Assembly (NCBI GenBank): GCA_964510805.1
Contig: CAZEDG010000005.1
Coordinates: 1-44,979, forward strand
Reading direction: 5' to 3'
Length of the DNA stretch: 44,979 bases
DNA from: an uncultured Candidatus Saccharibacteria bacterium
GTDB taxonomy: Bacteria > Patescibacteriota > Minisyncoccia > Phycocordibacterales > UBA5272
Shown one piece after another: positions 17,297 to 26,972 of this stretch (position 1 is the first letter of the stretch; the number at the start of each line of letters is the position of its first letter). The translations under genes and the position numbers were made by a program. The notes beneath the pieces are model-generated. The model did no database searches, had not been told where the DNA came from, and was given only the letters and a program-made list of their open reading frames with translations.

Positions 17297-19009
17297 ATGA
17301 AACATTATCATTCTTTAAAGTATTTTTTTGTAACAATTATTCTTGTTGCACAGCTTTCTTCTTCTCGTGCGCACGGAGCTTCACTTGTTGCTGGTGCCCT
17401 TGAGCCAACACAATGGCTTAACAATATTGCTCTTCTTATGAGTTACGCAGAGGAATACTACACCTCGGTACAACAAGCAATGTCAACGTACGATCAGACG
17501 ATAGGACGACCTCTTAACACTATGATGATTAATGCTGCCATTCAACAAGCCTCTGGTGATCTTATCAACTGGGGAAATGGTGGGTATGGAGGTGATTCGC
17601 TTATTATTTCTGACCCAGAAAAGTACATCAAGGACCAAGGACTCCTTGCGGTGAAGGAAACGCTTAACCAGATACCAGAAGACAGCGTCTACGGTGCAAG
17701 CATCTTCAAGAATCTCTACAAAAGATACCAAGCAACAGACGGTTCTTCTGTAGAAGAACGTCTTCTTGCTATCACTAAGTCTGAAGTACCTGGACTTGTA
17801 CAGAAGAATCTCTGTAGCGATGCAGACCTTACAAGAATTGCCAAGGAAGACATTGAGAACACTGACGGCAGTTACTCTGTCGACGAACTCAACAAGCGTA
17901 AAGCAGAGCTCTATGACTATGCTTGTAAAGGAGATTCGAGTGACCCAGAACAACAGAAGAAACTACAAGACCTTGCAGATCAGCGTCCATCAATTACAGG
18001 ATGGGATGGATGGCTTGCTCTTACAGGCGGAGATAATGCATATTCAAAAACTGAACAAGCTTATAAAATACATGAAGAAGAAAAAGATACACAACAAGAG
18101 GGTGTTAAAGAAGACATGAAAGGAAGGGGTGCGGTAAGTGCAAAAGAATGTTTTAAGCGAGGTGAACCTGCTTCTGAAGGGGAAGACGGCCCTTGTCTTG
18201 ACGAAGAAGTAACAACTCCAAGTGCCCAAGTAAACGCTTCTCTCTCAAATGCAGCCGATGCGGGGCTTGATAGATTAATTAACCTCACAGAAGGAGGTCT
18301 TACTAACCTTATTGCAACCCTGGCCGTTCAACAATTAACCAAAGGACTTCGTGCTGAGTTCATTGATAGCGATAAAAAAGTCAACGTTACCACAACCAAA
18401 ACATCTAAATCTTCATCAAAACCAGATTTACAAGGGGACCCAGAAGCAAAGACTTCTATGCTTGCGCCTCTTCTTAAGCAACTTGATGCTTACGAGGCAG
18501 GCCTCATCAAACTCAAAGATATCGACAAAGCGTACAGTGGCGAAATCACAAGATATGAATCAGTTGTTAAGTCAGGAAGAGCTTGTTATGATGGGCTTGT
18601 TGAAGCCAACAGACTTTCTCCAAGTGACCCTAAGGCAGTTTCTGCATACGATATCTATAATAATCGACAAGATCGTATTGATAGAGTCAAAAAAATCATT
18701 ACTCCTGAGCTAGCAAAAATTGACTCGGCGAGAACGCTCATTCAAGAGACACTTACTAAACTAAATGCAGCAAGTTCAACAAAAGAAATAAGCACTATCT
18801 ACTCAAACTATACGTATACAATTGATTCAAAAAAATACCCAGATGTTCAGGCAGAAGGTCAACGCAGAGGAGACTATATGAAAGACAAGAACGATGCTAA
18901 GAACGACGTCGATCCACCTAAGGACTATAAGGGGACAGACACGGTGAAATATGCGAATGACCAATGTACCAAGCTAGGAGGGGTACTAAGTGTCCCAGAG
19001 GGAATCTAG
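17297..19009 (+). CDS. Exported helical protein with TrbJ/VirB5-like N-terminus
   Basis: Signal peptide (SRAHG/A), then GALEPTQWLNNIAL resembling the TrbJ ATEWTQLxNNxEL pattern. Six Cys. Lies upstream of a VirB6-like gene. Confidence 0.6.
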   Translation: MKHYHSLKYFFVTIILVAQLSSSRAHGASLVAGALEPTQWLNNIALLMSYAEEYYTSVQQAMSTYDQTIGRPLNTMMINAAIQQASGDLINWGNGGYGGDSLIISDPEKYIKDQGLLAVKETLNQIPEDSVYGASIFKNLYKRYQATDGSSVEERLLAITKSEVPGLVQKNLCSDADLTRIAKEDIENTDGSYSVDELNKRKAELYDYACKGDSSDPEQQKKLQDLADQRPSITGWDGWLALTGGDNAYSKTEQAYKIHEEEKDTQQEGVKEDMKGRGAVSAKECFKRGEPASEGEDGPCLDEEVTTPSAQVNASLSNAADAGLDRLINLTEGGLTNLIATLAVQQLTKGLRAEFIDSDKKVNVTTTKTSKSSSKPDLQGDPEAKTSMLAPLLKQLDAYEAGLIKLKDIDKAYSGEITRYESVVKSGRACYDGLVEANRLSPSDPKAVSAYDIYNNRQDRIDRVKKIITPELAKIDSARTLIQETLTKLNAASSTKEISTIYSNYTYTIDSKKYPDVQAEGQRRGDYMKDKNDAKNDVDPPKDYKGTDTVKYANDQCTKLGGVLSVPEGI

Positions 19010-19215
19010 AAGGACTAGATGTTAGCTACGAGACTTTAGAGGTTAGAGATACAAGAGCGACACCTTCGGTGTCGCTCTTGTATTCTTGTATCTCGTCTGT
19101 AGTCTATTTATCTGTGTTCTGTTGTCTCATTTTGCCTTCTGCCTCGCTCTTGTATTCTGTGTTATCTGTATTTTCTAAAGTCTAACATCTAATATCTAGT
19201 GCCATTAACTATCTG
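19010..19215. repeat. Intergenic mosaic element, copy A5 (palindrome 19049-19083)
   Basis: ATACAAGAGCGACACC-TTC-GGTGTCGCTCTTGTAT. Starts ACTAGATGTTAG and ends CTAACATCTAATATCTAGT. Shares a 57-bp block with copy A6. Confidence 0.9.
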
Positions 19216-19255
19216 TTTACCCTCTACTCTCTGTATTTTATGGTACACTATTAGC

Positions 19256-21997
19256 ATGAAAAAGCTTGGAAGTATTCTTGCTGTAGTGTTTCTTTTTGCT
19301 TGTTTTTTTGGTGCTACAACATCTTATGTAGAGGCACAAAATGCTCCAGTTGTTGCAAACATAAGCATGTTATCTGAAACATCTTCAAAAATATTCACAC
19401 AAGTATTAAACCAACTTAACCCAGGCTCTAGCCAAATAGATAAAAATCTTTACGATCTTATAAAAGGAGCACAAAATCAATACGATAAAAGTATACAGAA
19501 TGACAAAAATACAGGTGGTGGAATGGCAATGAAATCCGCTAAAGATGTCTATATCAAGGCTTTAAATTCATCAGTTGATTATATAAATAGTAATAAAAAT
19601 GATTCAAAGTTCCAAGATCAAAAATCTATTAGTGTTATTACAAATCTATTAAACTTACTTAATGGAGAAATAAATAACCAAGGTTTGGTTCAAAACTTTT
19701 CAAAACCAACAGATGAAGCAAGTAAGGCAACAGAAAGCGCAAAACAAGCTGCTGCGAAAAAAGCAGAAGACACAAAAGAACAATGTTCTATAAACTTTCT
19801 TTCTTCAGACGGAGTTAATATCGGTGCTTGTGTTACTGCTGTATTCAACTGGTTCATCAAAAGCATTCTCCTTAACATTGCCGGTGTTCTCCTCTGGCTT
19901 TCAGCTACCATATTTAACAAAGCTGTTATTCTTGGAATTCTTGATTTCAGTCGATGGGCACCGGAATCTCTTTATCCTATCTGGATAGTGATACGACAAA
20001 TCGTCTCTCTTCTACTTGTATTCGTTGGTCTCTATCTCGGCTTCTTATACATCCTAGGAAGAGAAGATAAGTTTGAGAAGTATATCCCTTGGGTGGTTAT
20101 CTTCGGGCTCTTTGTTAACTTCTCCTATCCGCTCGCACGCACCGCAATTGATGTTTCTAATATTGTCACCCTTAAGGTCTACACTTCTGCTTTTGGGTCA
20201 AATGTCCTCGATGAGAACAGTGTCCAGTCAGAAACAAGTCCAGGAAGTAGCATTATGAGAAGTCTTGGATTAAGTGGCTTGGTTACAGCTGCGGTTAATA
20301 AAAAAGATGGAGCAAAAGGAGAAACAGGGTTCTCTGAGAACCTAGATATTCCTGGATCACTTCTTACCGTTGTATATGTTCTGTACTCAGCATATGTCCT
20401 TTTTAGATTTGCACTTCTTGTAATTGTAAGAACGGTGGTGTTCGTGTTTATGATTATTGCTTCACCTCTTCTTCTTGTAGATAGTGTTCTCCCTGTACTT
20501 GGAGATAAAGCAAAAGATTTACGTAAAGTGTTCCTGGAGCAACTCGCGGTTGGGCCAGTATTTATGATTCTCTTTGTGATCACACTTAGATTCCTAGAAG
20601 TCTTCAAGGTTACAAACATTCCAAAAACAAATGCTGATTTTATCGCTTCTTCTTTTACTATTATCTTAATGCTTGCAATGCTTCAAATCACTCTTAAAGT
20701 TACGACCAAGATTGCAGGAGAAGCTGGTGCATGGGGAACAGAAAAGCTCGGCAAGATCGGAGGCTTCGGCCTTGGTGTTGCAACAGGAGGGACAGGGTTA
20801 CTTGCAAGACAGACAATAGGAAGAGGGGCGACAATGCTACGAGACAGTAAATGGGTAGAAAGAAACCAAGATTCATTCTTAGGAAGAAGAGCCTACGACC
20901 TTTCTAACTCTGTAGCAAAAAGCTCTTTTGATCTTCGTAATTCCAAAATTGTAGCCCGTGGTGCAGGTATGGCAGGGCTCGATAAAGGACTCTTCGGTAC
21001 AGGGATGGGTACTGGTAAGTCGACAAACTACGAACAAGGACTTAAAGAGCGCCTAGACAAGAAAAAAGTAATAGCAGGTAGAATAAAAACAAAATACGAA
21101 AGAGACGTCTACAAAACAAATGAAAAAGGAGAGGTTCAATATGACCCTAACACCGGTCTACCTATTGTAGAACACAAAGCTGGAGAAACTGTTGAAGATG
21201 CTGTTAACACAAGAATGAGATATCTTCAAGGTGACGCTTCTCGTTTTATGACCAAGGAAGAAAAAGAAAAACTTGCAGACCAAGAACTTGACGCCTCTGT
21301 AAAAGCAAATGAGGCTCTTTACAAAGAAAAGAAAAAGAAGGGGGGAGGCGCTGATAAAAAATTCGTTTCTGAGCTCGAAACGAGACTACAAGAACTTAAA
21401 AAGAGCGACAAAGATCTTAAAAGTATCGAGGCTCGTACTGTTGTCAAAACACTTGAATCTATCAAAAAAGATAGTGATAACTTTGATAAGCGTGTAACGG
21501 CTTCTTTTGAACAATATGGAACGTACGCTGATGCAAAAGATCGTAAAAAGTTTATTGATTCTAAAGTCCTTGGATCAGAAGATGAGGACTTCAAAAAAGA
21601 TGTGCTTGCAAAAATATATGAATCAACAAAAGCAAATAAGCAGGAACAAGAAGCTTTTCTTAACTCACTCCCTCAAGAAGTTAGAACTTCTTTGTCTGGA
21701 TCATCAGCTTCTGTTCCTGAAGCCCCTGAAGTGACAACCACAATCTCTTCAAACCCTTATGGATCAAAAACAGTAATACCTTCTTCGTCTATTAACACAA
21801 GTGAACTTGATAAAGCAGGCTTCGAGGGACAAGTAAAAGAAGTTGTTGTACAACCTGTAGAAGAAAAACCTCTCACTTTTGCAGAAAAAAGAAAATTAGC
21901 TATGGACAAAGCTCGTGCAAGTATGGGAGAAAACGTTGGTAGCGGATCTTCTACTTCTTCAAATCAAGCGCCCGCACCTGTAAATGCATCAGCCTAA
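19256..21997 (+). CDS. TrbL/VirB6-like polytopic membrane protein with long soluble extensions
   Basis: Signal peptide, about eight TM helices (e.g. WVVIFGLFVNFSYPLARTAIDVSN, MIIASPLLLV), a Gly-rich post-TM stretch and a charged C-tail. ATG 19256 lies 6 nt after TGGTACACT. Confidence 0.75.
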   Translation: MKKLGSILAVVFLFACFFGATTSYVEAQNAPVVANISMLSETSSKIFTQVLNQLNPGSSQIDKNLYDLIKGAQNQYDKSIQNDKNTGGGMAMKSAKDVYIKALNSSVDYINSNKNDSKFQDQKSISVITNLLNLLNGEINNQGLVQNFSKPTDEASKATESAKQAAAKKAEDTKEQCSINFLSSDGVNIGACVTAVFNWFIKSILLNIAGVLLWLSATIFNKAVILGILDFSRWAPESLYPIWIVIRQIVSLLLVFVGLYLGFLYILGREDKFEKYIPWVVIFGLFVNFSYPLARTAIDVSNIVTLKVYTSAFGSNVLDENSVQSETSPGSSIMRSLGLSGLVTAAVNKKDGAKGETGFSENLDIPGSLLTVVYVLYSAYVLFRFALLVIVRTVVFVFMIIASPLLLVDSVLPVLGDKAKDLRKVFLEQLAVGPVFMILFVITLRFLEVFKVTNIPKTNADFIASSFTIILMLAMLQITLKVTTKIAGEAGAWGTEKLGKIGGFGLGVATGGTGLLARQTIGRGATMLRDSKWVERNQDSFLGRRAYDLSNSVAKSSFDLRNSKIVARGAGMAGLDKGLFGTGMGTGKSTNYEQGLKERLDKKKVIAGRIKTKYERDVYKTNEKGEVQYDPNTGLPIVEHKAGETVEDAVNTRMRYLQGDASRFMTKEEKEKLADQELDASVKANEALYKEKKKKGGGADKKFVSELETRLQELKKSDKDLKSIEARTVVKTLESIKKDSDNFDKRVTASFEQYGTYADAKDRKKFIDSKVLGSEDEDFKKDVLAKIYESTKANKQEQEAFLNSLPQEVRTSLSGSSASVPEAPEVTTTISSNPYGSKTVIPSSSINTSELDKAGFEGQVKEVVVQPVEEKPLTFAEKRKLAMDKARASMGENVGSGSSTSSNQAPAPVNASA

Positions 21998-22024
21998 AAT
22001 AAAATCATATACTATACTAACACT

Positions 22025-22765
22025 ATGGCACTTCCATCATATGTAGCAAAAGATATAGATGATCGTTTCGATAATGCTTCTGAAGAAATTCAGAATGTTA
22101 TTTTAGAAGAAGCGGACAAAACAACTCTTGCTCTTGGAGAAAAATATAAGATACCTCTTGCCAATCAGACTGCACTATCTGATGTCATTTCGTACACCCT
22201 CCTTGGTGCAATAGAACCAGGGGATGTGGTACAAGCTCTTCAAGATATGGTACTTGTGAGTAGCGAAGACGCAGTACATATCGCAGAAGATCTTGAGCAC
22301 TCAGTCTTCGAGAAGGCTCGTATCTCGCTCTTCAAAAAAAGCGGTGAAGTGAAGACGCTTGAATTCCAAGGAGATAAGACTAAGGATGATCTACGAAAAG
22401 CACTTCTTGATACCACCAAGCGCGAATCAGGGCTCAACAAAAACCAAGCAAAGGAAGGAGGAGATAAGAAGACAACTGTACTCGCACCAGGATCACGCGC
22501 ACAACTCCTAGAGCAACTCCAAGTACTTAGCTCTATTCCAAATGATGAAGAAATAGAGTCGAGACTTAAGCATATCCAGGACCAGATCTCTCTCATCAAA
22601 AAACAAGAAGAAGACAACACACTCACTTCAAATATCGCACTCAAATCCTTCCTCTTCGGAGAAAAAGGGAAGTCAGTCGCAGACCCAACCATTGCAACAG
22701 CAACCTATAGTGTCGCCCCAACAGAATACAACGTAGATCCGTATCGAGAACTACCAGCAGAATAG
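22025..22765 (+). CDS. Conserved-looking hypothetical protein ending in a DPYRE motif
   Basis: 246 aa with C-terminal YNVDPYRELPAE. TATACT 6 nt upstream of the ATG. Confidence 0.75.
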   Translation: MALPSYVAKDIDDRFDNASEEIQNVILEEADKTTLALGEKYKIPLANQTALSDVISYTLLGAIEPGDVVQALQDMVLVSSEDAVHIAEDLEHSVFEKARISLFKKSGEVKTLEFQGDKTKDDLRKALLDTTKRESGLNKNQAKEGGDKKTTVLAPGSRAQLLEQLQVLSSIPNDEEIESRLKHIQDQISLIKKQEEDNTLTSNIALKSFLFGEKGKSVADPTIATATYSVAPTEYNVDPYRELPAE

Positions 22766-23005
22766 AAACAATGACCGTCATTGCATGGGCCCGCAATGAC
22801 GGTCATTGTTTCTAGACAACAGACCACTTCGCTACAGACAGTAAGACAACAGACTAATACAAAAGCGACACCGAAGGTGTCGCTTTTGTGTTCTTGTATC
22901 TCGTCTGTAGTCTATTTATCTGTATTCTGTTGTCTCATTTTGCCTTCGATGTCGCTTCTGTGTGCCGGTATCCACTATTAACTATTAACCATTAACTACT
23001 AACCT
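22763..23005. repeat. Composite element: type-B hairpin (22763-22814) + copy A6 (22859-22889) + 57-bp block + TTAACYA heptamers
   Basis: 22-bp perfect stem around ATGGGCCC. ACAAAAGCGACACC-GAA-GGTGTCGCTTTTGT. 22891-22947 matches 19083-19139 at 56/57. Confidence 0.9.
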
Positions 23006-23024
23006 AGTATGGTATACTTTCCTT

Positions 23025-23459
23025 ATGCAATTTCGTGTCCCACAATTTATTGATGTAGAAGACAAAGTAATTGGCCCTTTTACCCTCAAACAATTCGGAT
23101 ATATCGTTGGAGCAGGGGGATTTTCTTTTCTCATTTGGACTTTTATACCGATTAAGTTCATTGCGGTACTTTTTATTATCCCTGTTGCTTCACTCTTTCT
23201 TTCGCTTGCTTTTCTTAAAATCAACAATAGACCTTTTGGAGATATTCTCGAAAGCGCCTTCAGTTACTATACAGGAAACAAAATTTATACATGGAAACAA
23301 CCAGAACAAAAAGCGACAGAGACTTCTGTTGATCAAGTTGTTGCCAACACCCAAAAAGAAATTATTATCGAAAAAACAAACCGTGACCGTATCCACGATA
23401 TTTCTCTTGGGCTTGATGTCTTCGATGCTAACTCACAGAAAGAAGATGACTCTAACTAA
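23025..23459 (+). CDS. PrgI-family (VirB3-like) membrane protein
   Basis: MQFRVPQFIDVEDKVIGPFTLKQFGY followed by two TM helices and KINNRPF. Confidence 0.85.
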   Translation: MQFRVPQFIDVEDKVIGPFTLKQFGYIVGAGGFSFLIWTFIPIKFIAVLFIIPVASLFLSLAFLKINNRPFGDILESAFSYYTGNKIYTWKQPEQKATETSVDQVVANTQKEIIIEKTNRDRIHDISLGLDVFDANSQKEDDSN

Positions 23460-23484
23460 AGATACGCTATACTAGGAAGTACGT

Positions 23485-24129
23485 ATGGCAACCCAAGGAC
23501 AAGCAACCCAAGCATTCGTTCCAATAGATCGTGTAAGAGATGGTATCGTTATCCTAAAAACAGGTGAACTACGAGCTATTCTTATCACGAACTCTCTTAA
23601 CTTAGGACTTAAGAGTGAGGACGAACAGCAGGCAATTCTTTCACAATTCCAAAACTTTCTTAACTCTCTTGATTTTCCTGTGCAATTCTTCATCGAGTCT
23701 CGCAAGCTTAACATCAAGCCATATATAGATCTTCTTCAAAAACGAAGCGGGGAAGTAAAAGAAGACCTTCTCAAGATTCAGATTCATGAATACATGGGCT
23801 TTATCACCAAGTTCACCGAAGAAAACAACATCATGTCTAAGCATTTCTTCATCAGTATTCCGTATTTTAACCAAAGCACAACCCAAGTAGCTCCTCCTAC
23901 ACTTCTTTCTCTTGCTGGGGTTAATAATCCAAGCAATTCATCATTTGATGCGTCATTTGAAGCGGCGCGCATCCAGTTAGAGCAACGAACCTTAACAGTA
24001 CTACAAGGACTCTCAAGGTTCGGTCTCCGTGCACAGAGACTTGGTACAGAAGAGGTGGTAGAACTTTTTTATAAAATCTTCAACCCAAGTGAAGAAGACC
24101 GTGAAGCTCCTAAGGTAGGAACACAATAA
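23485..24129 (+). CDS. VirB4-associated protein (resembles the N-terminal non-catalytic part of conjugative ATPases)
   Basis: VPIDRVRDGIVILK...SLNLGLKSEDEQQAIL...FLNSLDFPVQ. Lies between PrgI and VirB4. Confidence 0.65.
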   Translation: MATQGQATQAFVPIDRVRDGIVILKTGELRAILITNSLNLGLKSEDEQQAILSQFQNFLNSLDFPVQFFIESRKLNIKPYIDLLQKRSGEVKEDLLKIQIHEYMGFITKFTEENNIMSKHFFISIPYFNQSTTQVAPPTLLSLAGVNNPSNSSFDASFEAARIQLEQRTLTVLQGLSRFGLRAQRLGTEEVVELFYKIFNPSEEDREAPKVGTQ

Positions 24130-24140
24130 CACTAACTAGT

Positions 24141-25967
24141 ATGGGATTATTCGACTTTTTAAACAAAAAACAAGACAAACCTCTCTCTTCACCTGTTACT
24201 CCGGTGCTTCCAGAGCAGGTGTATAAAGTTGCGGAGATGCAACTTAAGGATATTATTGCGCCAAGTGCTCTTGAAATTAAACCAAAAGAACTTGATCTTG
24301 GTACGGTTATTGTTCGTTCTTATTTCGTTACTTCATATCCTCGTTATCTTAACGATAATTGGCTAAGTCCTCTTATCAATCTCGACAAAATATTTGATAT
24401 CTCTATTCATGTTGTTCCTCTTAACACAGGAGAGGTGATGAAGGGATTCCAAAGAAAAGTTGCCGAAGTGCAAAGCCAGATTATGACACGAGAAGAGAAG
24501 GGGCTTGTGCGAGATCCTTCTCTTGATGTTGCGTACCAAGACCTCGAAGATCTTCGTGACGGACTCACCCAAGCACAAGAGAGAATGTTCGAAGTATCAC
24601 TCTATATCACACTCTATGGCAAGACCAACGAAGAGATAGATAAGGTTGAAAATGAGATCAAGAACATCCTTGAGAGTAAACTTATCTACGTGAAGCCTTC
24701 ACTTTTCCAACAAGACGCAGGATTCCTCTCCACAATTCCGGTAGGGCAAGATATTATGCAGATCAAGAATAAGATTAACACCTCACCGTTGTCTTCATTC
24801 TTCCCATTTGTTTCATTTGATCTTTCTTCTGATAAAGGTATTCTCTACGGACTCAATCGTCACAATGGAAGCCTTATCCTTTTCGATCGTTTTTCTCTTG
24901 AAAACTACAACTCTATTGTCTTTGCTAAGTCAGGTTCTGGAAAAAGTTATTTCACCAAGCTTGAAATCTTGCGCACACTCATGTTCGATACTGAGGTGAT
25001 TATTATTGACCCTGAACGAGAATATGAGTTCTTGGCTGAATCTGTTGGAGGAAGATATTTCGATATTTCTCTTGTTGGAGAACATCATATTAACCCTTTT
25101 GACCTTCCTCAACCAACCAAAGATGAATCTCCTTCTGAAGTGCTTCGTAGTAACATTGTTAACCTTGTAGGACTTTTCCGTGTCATGCTTGGAGGTCTTA
25201 GCCCAGAAGAAGATGCGATTATCGACCAGGCAATTACTGAAACGTACGCACTCAAGGACATCACCGGAGATTCTGATTTTACTGAACTTGAGCCACCTCT
25301 TCTTTCTGATTTTGAGACGGTACTTTCTGGTATCGAAGGATCAGACAGTCTTCTCCAAAGAGTTCAGAAGTATACACAAGGCACGTGGTCTGGTTTTCTT
25401 AACCAACCATCCAATGTTGATATCAACAAGAAGCTTGTCTGTTTCTCTATTCGTGACATGGAAGATGAGCTTAAGCCTGTTGCGATGTATCTTATTACTC
25501 ATCACATTTGGAACGCTGTTCGTAAGAATCTTCGCAAGAGACTTCTTGTTGTTGATGAAGCATGGATTATGATGAAGAATGACGATACTGCGTCATTCCT
25601 CTTTGGACTCGCGAAGCGTGGTCGTAAGTACTATCTTGGTCTTGCAACCATCACTCAAGATGTGGGCGACTTCCTTAAGTCACCATATGGACTTCCTATT
25701 ATTACCAACTCATCAATCCAGATTCTCCTTAAGCAATCACCTTCTTCTATCGACCTAATCCAAAAGACATTCAATCTTACTAACGAAGAAAAATTCTTAC
25801 TTCTTGAATCTGGTGTAGGTGAGGGGATATTCTTTGCTGGACTCAAGCATGTAGCAATTAAAGTTGTTGCTTCATATACCGAAGATCAGATTATCACCAG
25901 TGATCCATCACAACTTCTTAAGATTCAACAAATGAAAGAAGAAGTGGCGGATTCAAAAAACGTATGA
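24141..25967 (+). CDS. virB4: VirB4-family secretion ATPase
   Basis: Walker A AKSGSGKS, IIIDPEREY, HINPFD, Walker B LLVVDEAW, GRKYYLGLATITQDVGDF, GEGIF. Confidence 0.9.
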   Translation: MGLFDFLNKKQDKPLSSPVTPVLPEQVYKVAEMQLKDIIAPSALEIKPKELDLGTVIVRSYFVTSYPRYLNDNWLSPLINLDKIFDISIHVVPLNTGEVMKGFQRKVAEVQSQIMTREEKGLVRDPSLDVAYQDLEDLRDGLTQAQERMFEVSLYITLYGKTNEEIDKVENEIKNILESKLIYVKPSLFQQDAGFLSTIPVGQDIMQIKNKINTSPLSSFFPFVSFDLSSDKGILYGLNRHNGSLILFDRFSLENYNSIVFAKSGSGKSYFTKLEILRTLMFDTEVIIIDPEREYEFLAESVGGRYFDISLVGEHHINPFDLPQPTKDESPSEVLRSNIVNLVGLFRVMLGGLSPEEDAIIDQAITETYALKDITGDSDFTELEPPLLSDFETVLSGIEGSDSLLQRVQKYTQGTWSGFLNQPSNVDINKKLVCFSIRDMEDELKPVAMYLITHHIWNAVRKNLRKRLLVVDEAWIMMKNDDTASFLFGLAKRGRKYYLGLATITQDVGDFLKSPYGLPIITNSSIQILLKQSPSSIDLIQKTFNLTNEEKFLLLESGVGEGIFFAGLKHVAIKVVASYTEDQIITSDPSQLLKIQQMKEEVADSKNV

Positions 25968-26935
25968 CACGCTTCCTAAAACTAGTAACCTTTACTCTTT
26001 CGATATATCTAAGTACTTGTGTCTTTAGTTTTGCTGAGATTAGCGCTTCGGTTAAGTTGATGCCAGCTAATCCAGAACCAAAAAGTAAAGTCACCTTAAC
26101 TCTTGTAAGTTACTCGTTTAACCCAGATACTGCTTTTGTTTCATGGAAAGTAAACGGTCGAGACTTTGCTTCTGGTCTTGGAAAAAAAGATATTACCATC
26201 CAAACAGGTGATATCGGTGCAACCACTCAAGTCTCTGTTCATGCAGAAACAGCGGACGGATCTTCTATTGATCAAGTTATTAGCATCACTCCTTCTTCTG
26301 TAGTGTTACTCTATGAAGCTCCAAAAAGCTATGTCCCTCTTCTGTATGAAGGTAGATCTCTTCCAAGTGATGGAGCTCTTGTACGCGTAACCGCACTTCC
26401 TCAGCTAAGCGATAACGGCACACCTGTTCCTCCTGGGAACCTTTCGTATACTTGGTATCTTAATGATACTGTAGTAAAAAGTGTCTCTGGTGCAGGCAAG
26501 CAATCTGCACTCATTCGTCTTGATTACTTAAGAACAAGTAATGAGATTAGGGTCGTTGTTCGCAGTCCACTCGGAAACACTGCTGATGAAAAAATAACTA
26601 TCTACACTCACTCAATACTACCAATTCTCTATCTCTCTGATCCTCTTTTTGGTACTAATGTTACTACACGTATCGGTAAGAGATTCGAAACTACTCGAGA
26701 TTTTAGAATTGTTCTTGAGCCTTTTTATATTTCTTACAACGACCCAAAAGAAGCAACCTATTCTTGGTTTATTAATGGACTTCCATCAACCCCTCTTGAT
26801 GGAAGAACTCTTGATCTTCATCCAAAAGAAAATGATTATGGTATTAAAAAACTTTCCATAAAGCTCTACGGTGCGGACAAACGTCTACAGACAAGTGAAG
26901 TAGAGACCGAAATTGTTTTTGACACAAGAAAATAG
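25964..26935 (+). CDS. Exported beta-rich (Ig-like) protein
   Basis: Signal peptide (FSFA/E) and repeated YTWYLN/VSWKVN/YSWFIN strands. ATGA overlap with virB4. Confidence 0.7.
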   Translation: MTRFLKLVTFTLSIYLSTCVFSFAEISASVKLMPANPEPKSKVTLTLVSYSFNPDTAFVSWKVNGRDFASGLGKKDITIQTGDIGATTQVSVHAETADGSSIDQVISITPSSVVLLYEAPKSYVPLLYEGRSLPSDGALVRVTALPQLSDNGTPVPPGNLSYTWYLNDTVVKSVSGAGKQSALIRLDYLRTSNEIRVVVRSPLGNTADEKITIYTHSILPILYLSDPLFGTNVTTRIGKRFETTRDFRIVLEPFYISYNDPKEATYSWFINGLPSTPLDGRTLDLHPKENDYGIKKLSIKLYGADKRLQTSEVETEIVFDTRK

Positions 26936-26972
26936 TTTATACTAAGAAAAAATACCTCTGTATACGATTTCT

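Noticed and set aside
19199-19255. Track starts upstream of preferred ATGs (also 31445, 36886, 12902, 11594, 42898, 12917)
   Set aside because: These extensions run through promoter boxes or repeat DNA. The downstream ATGs fit -10 spacing, SD position or family N-termini better.
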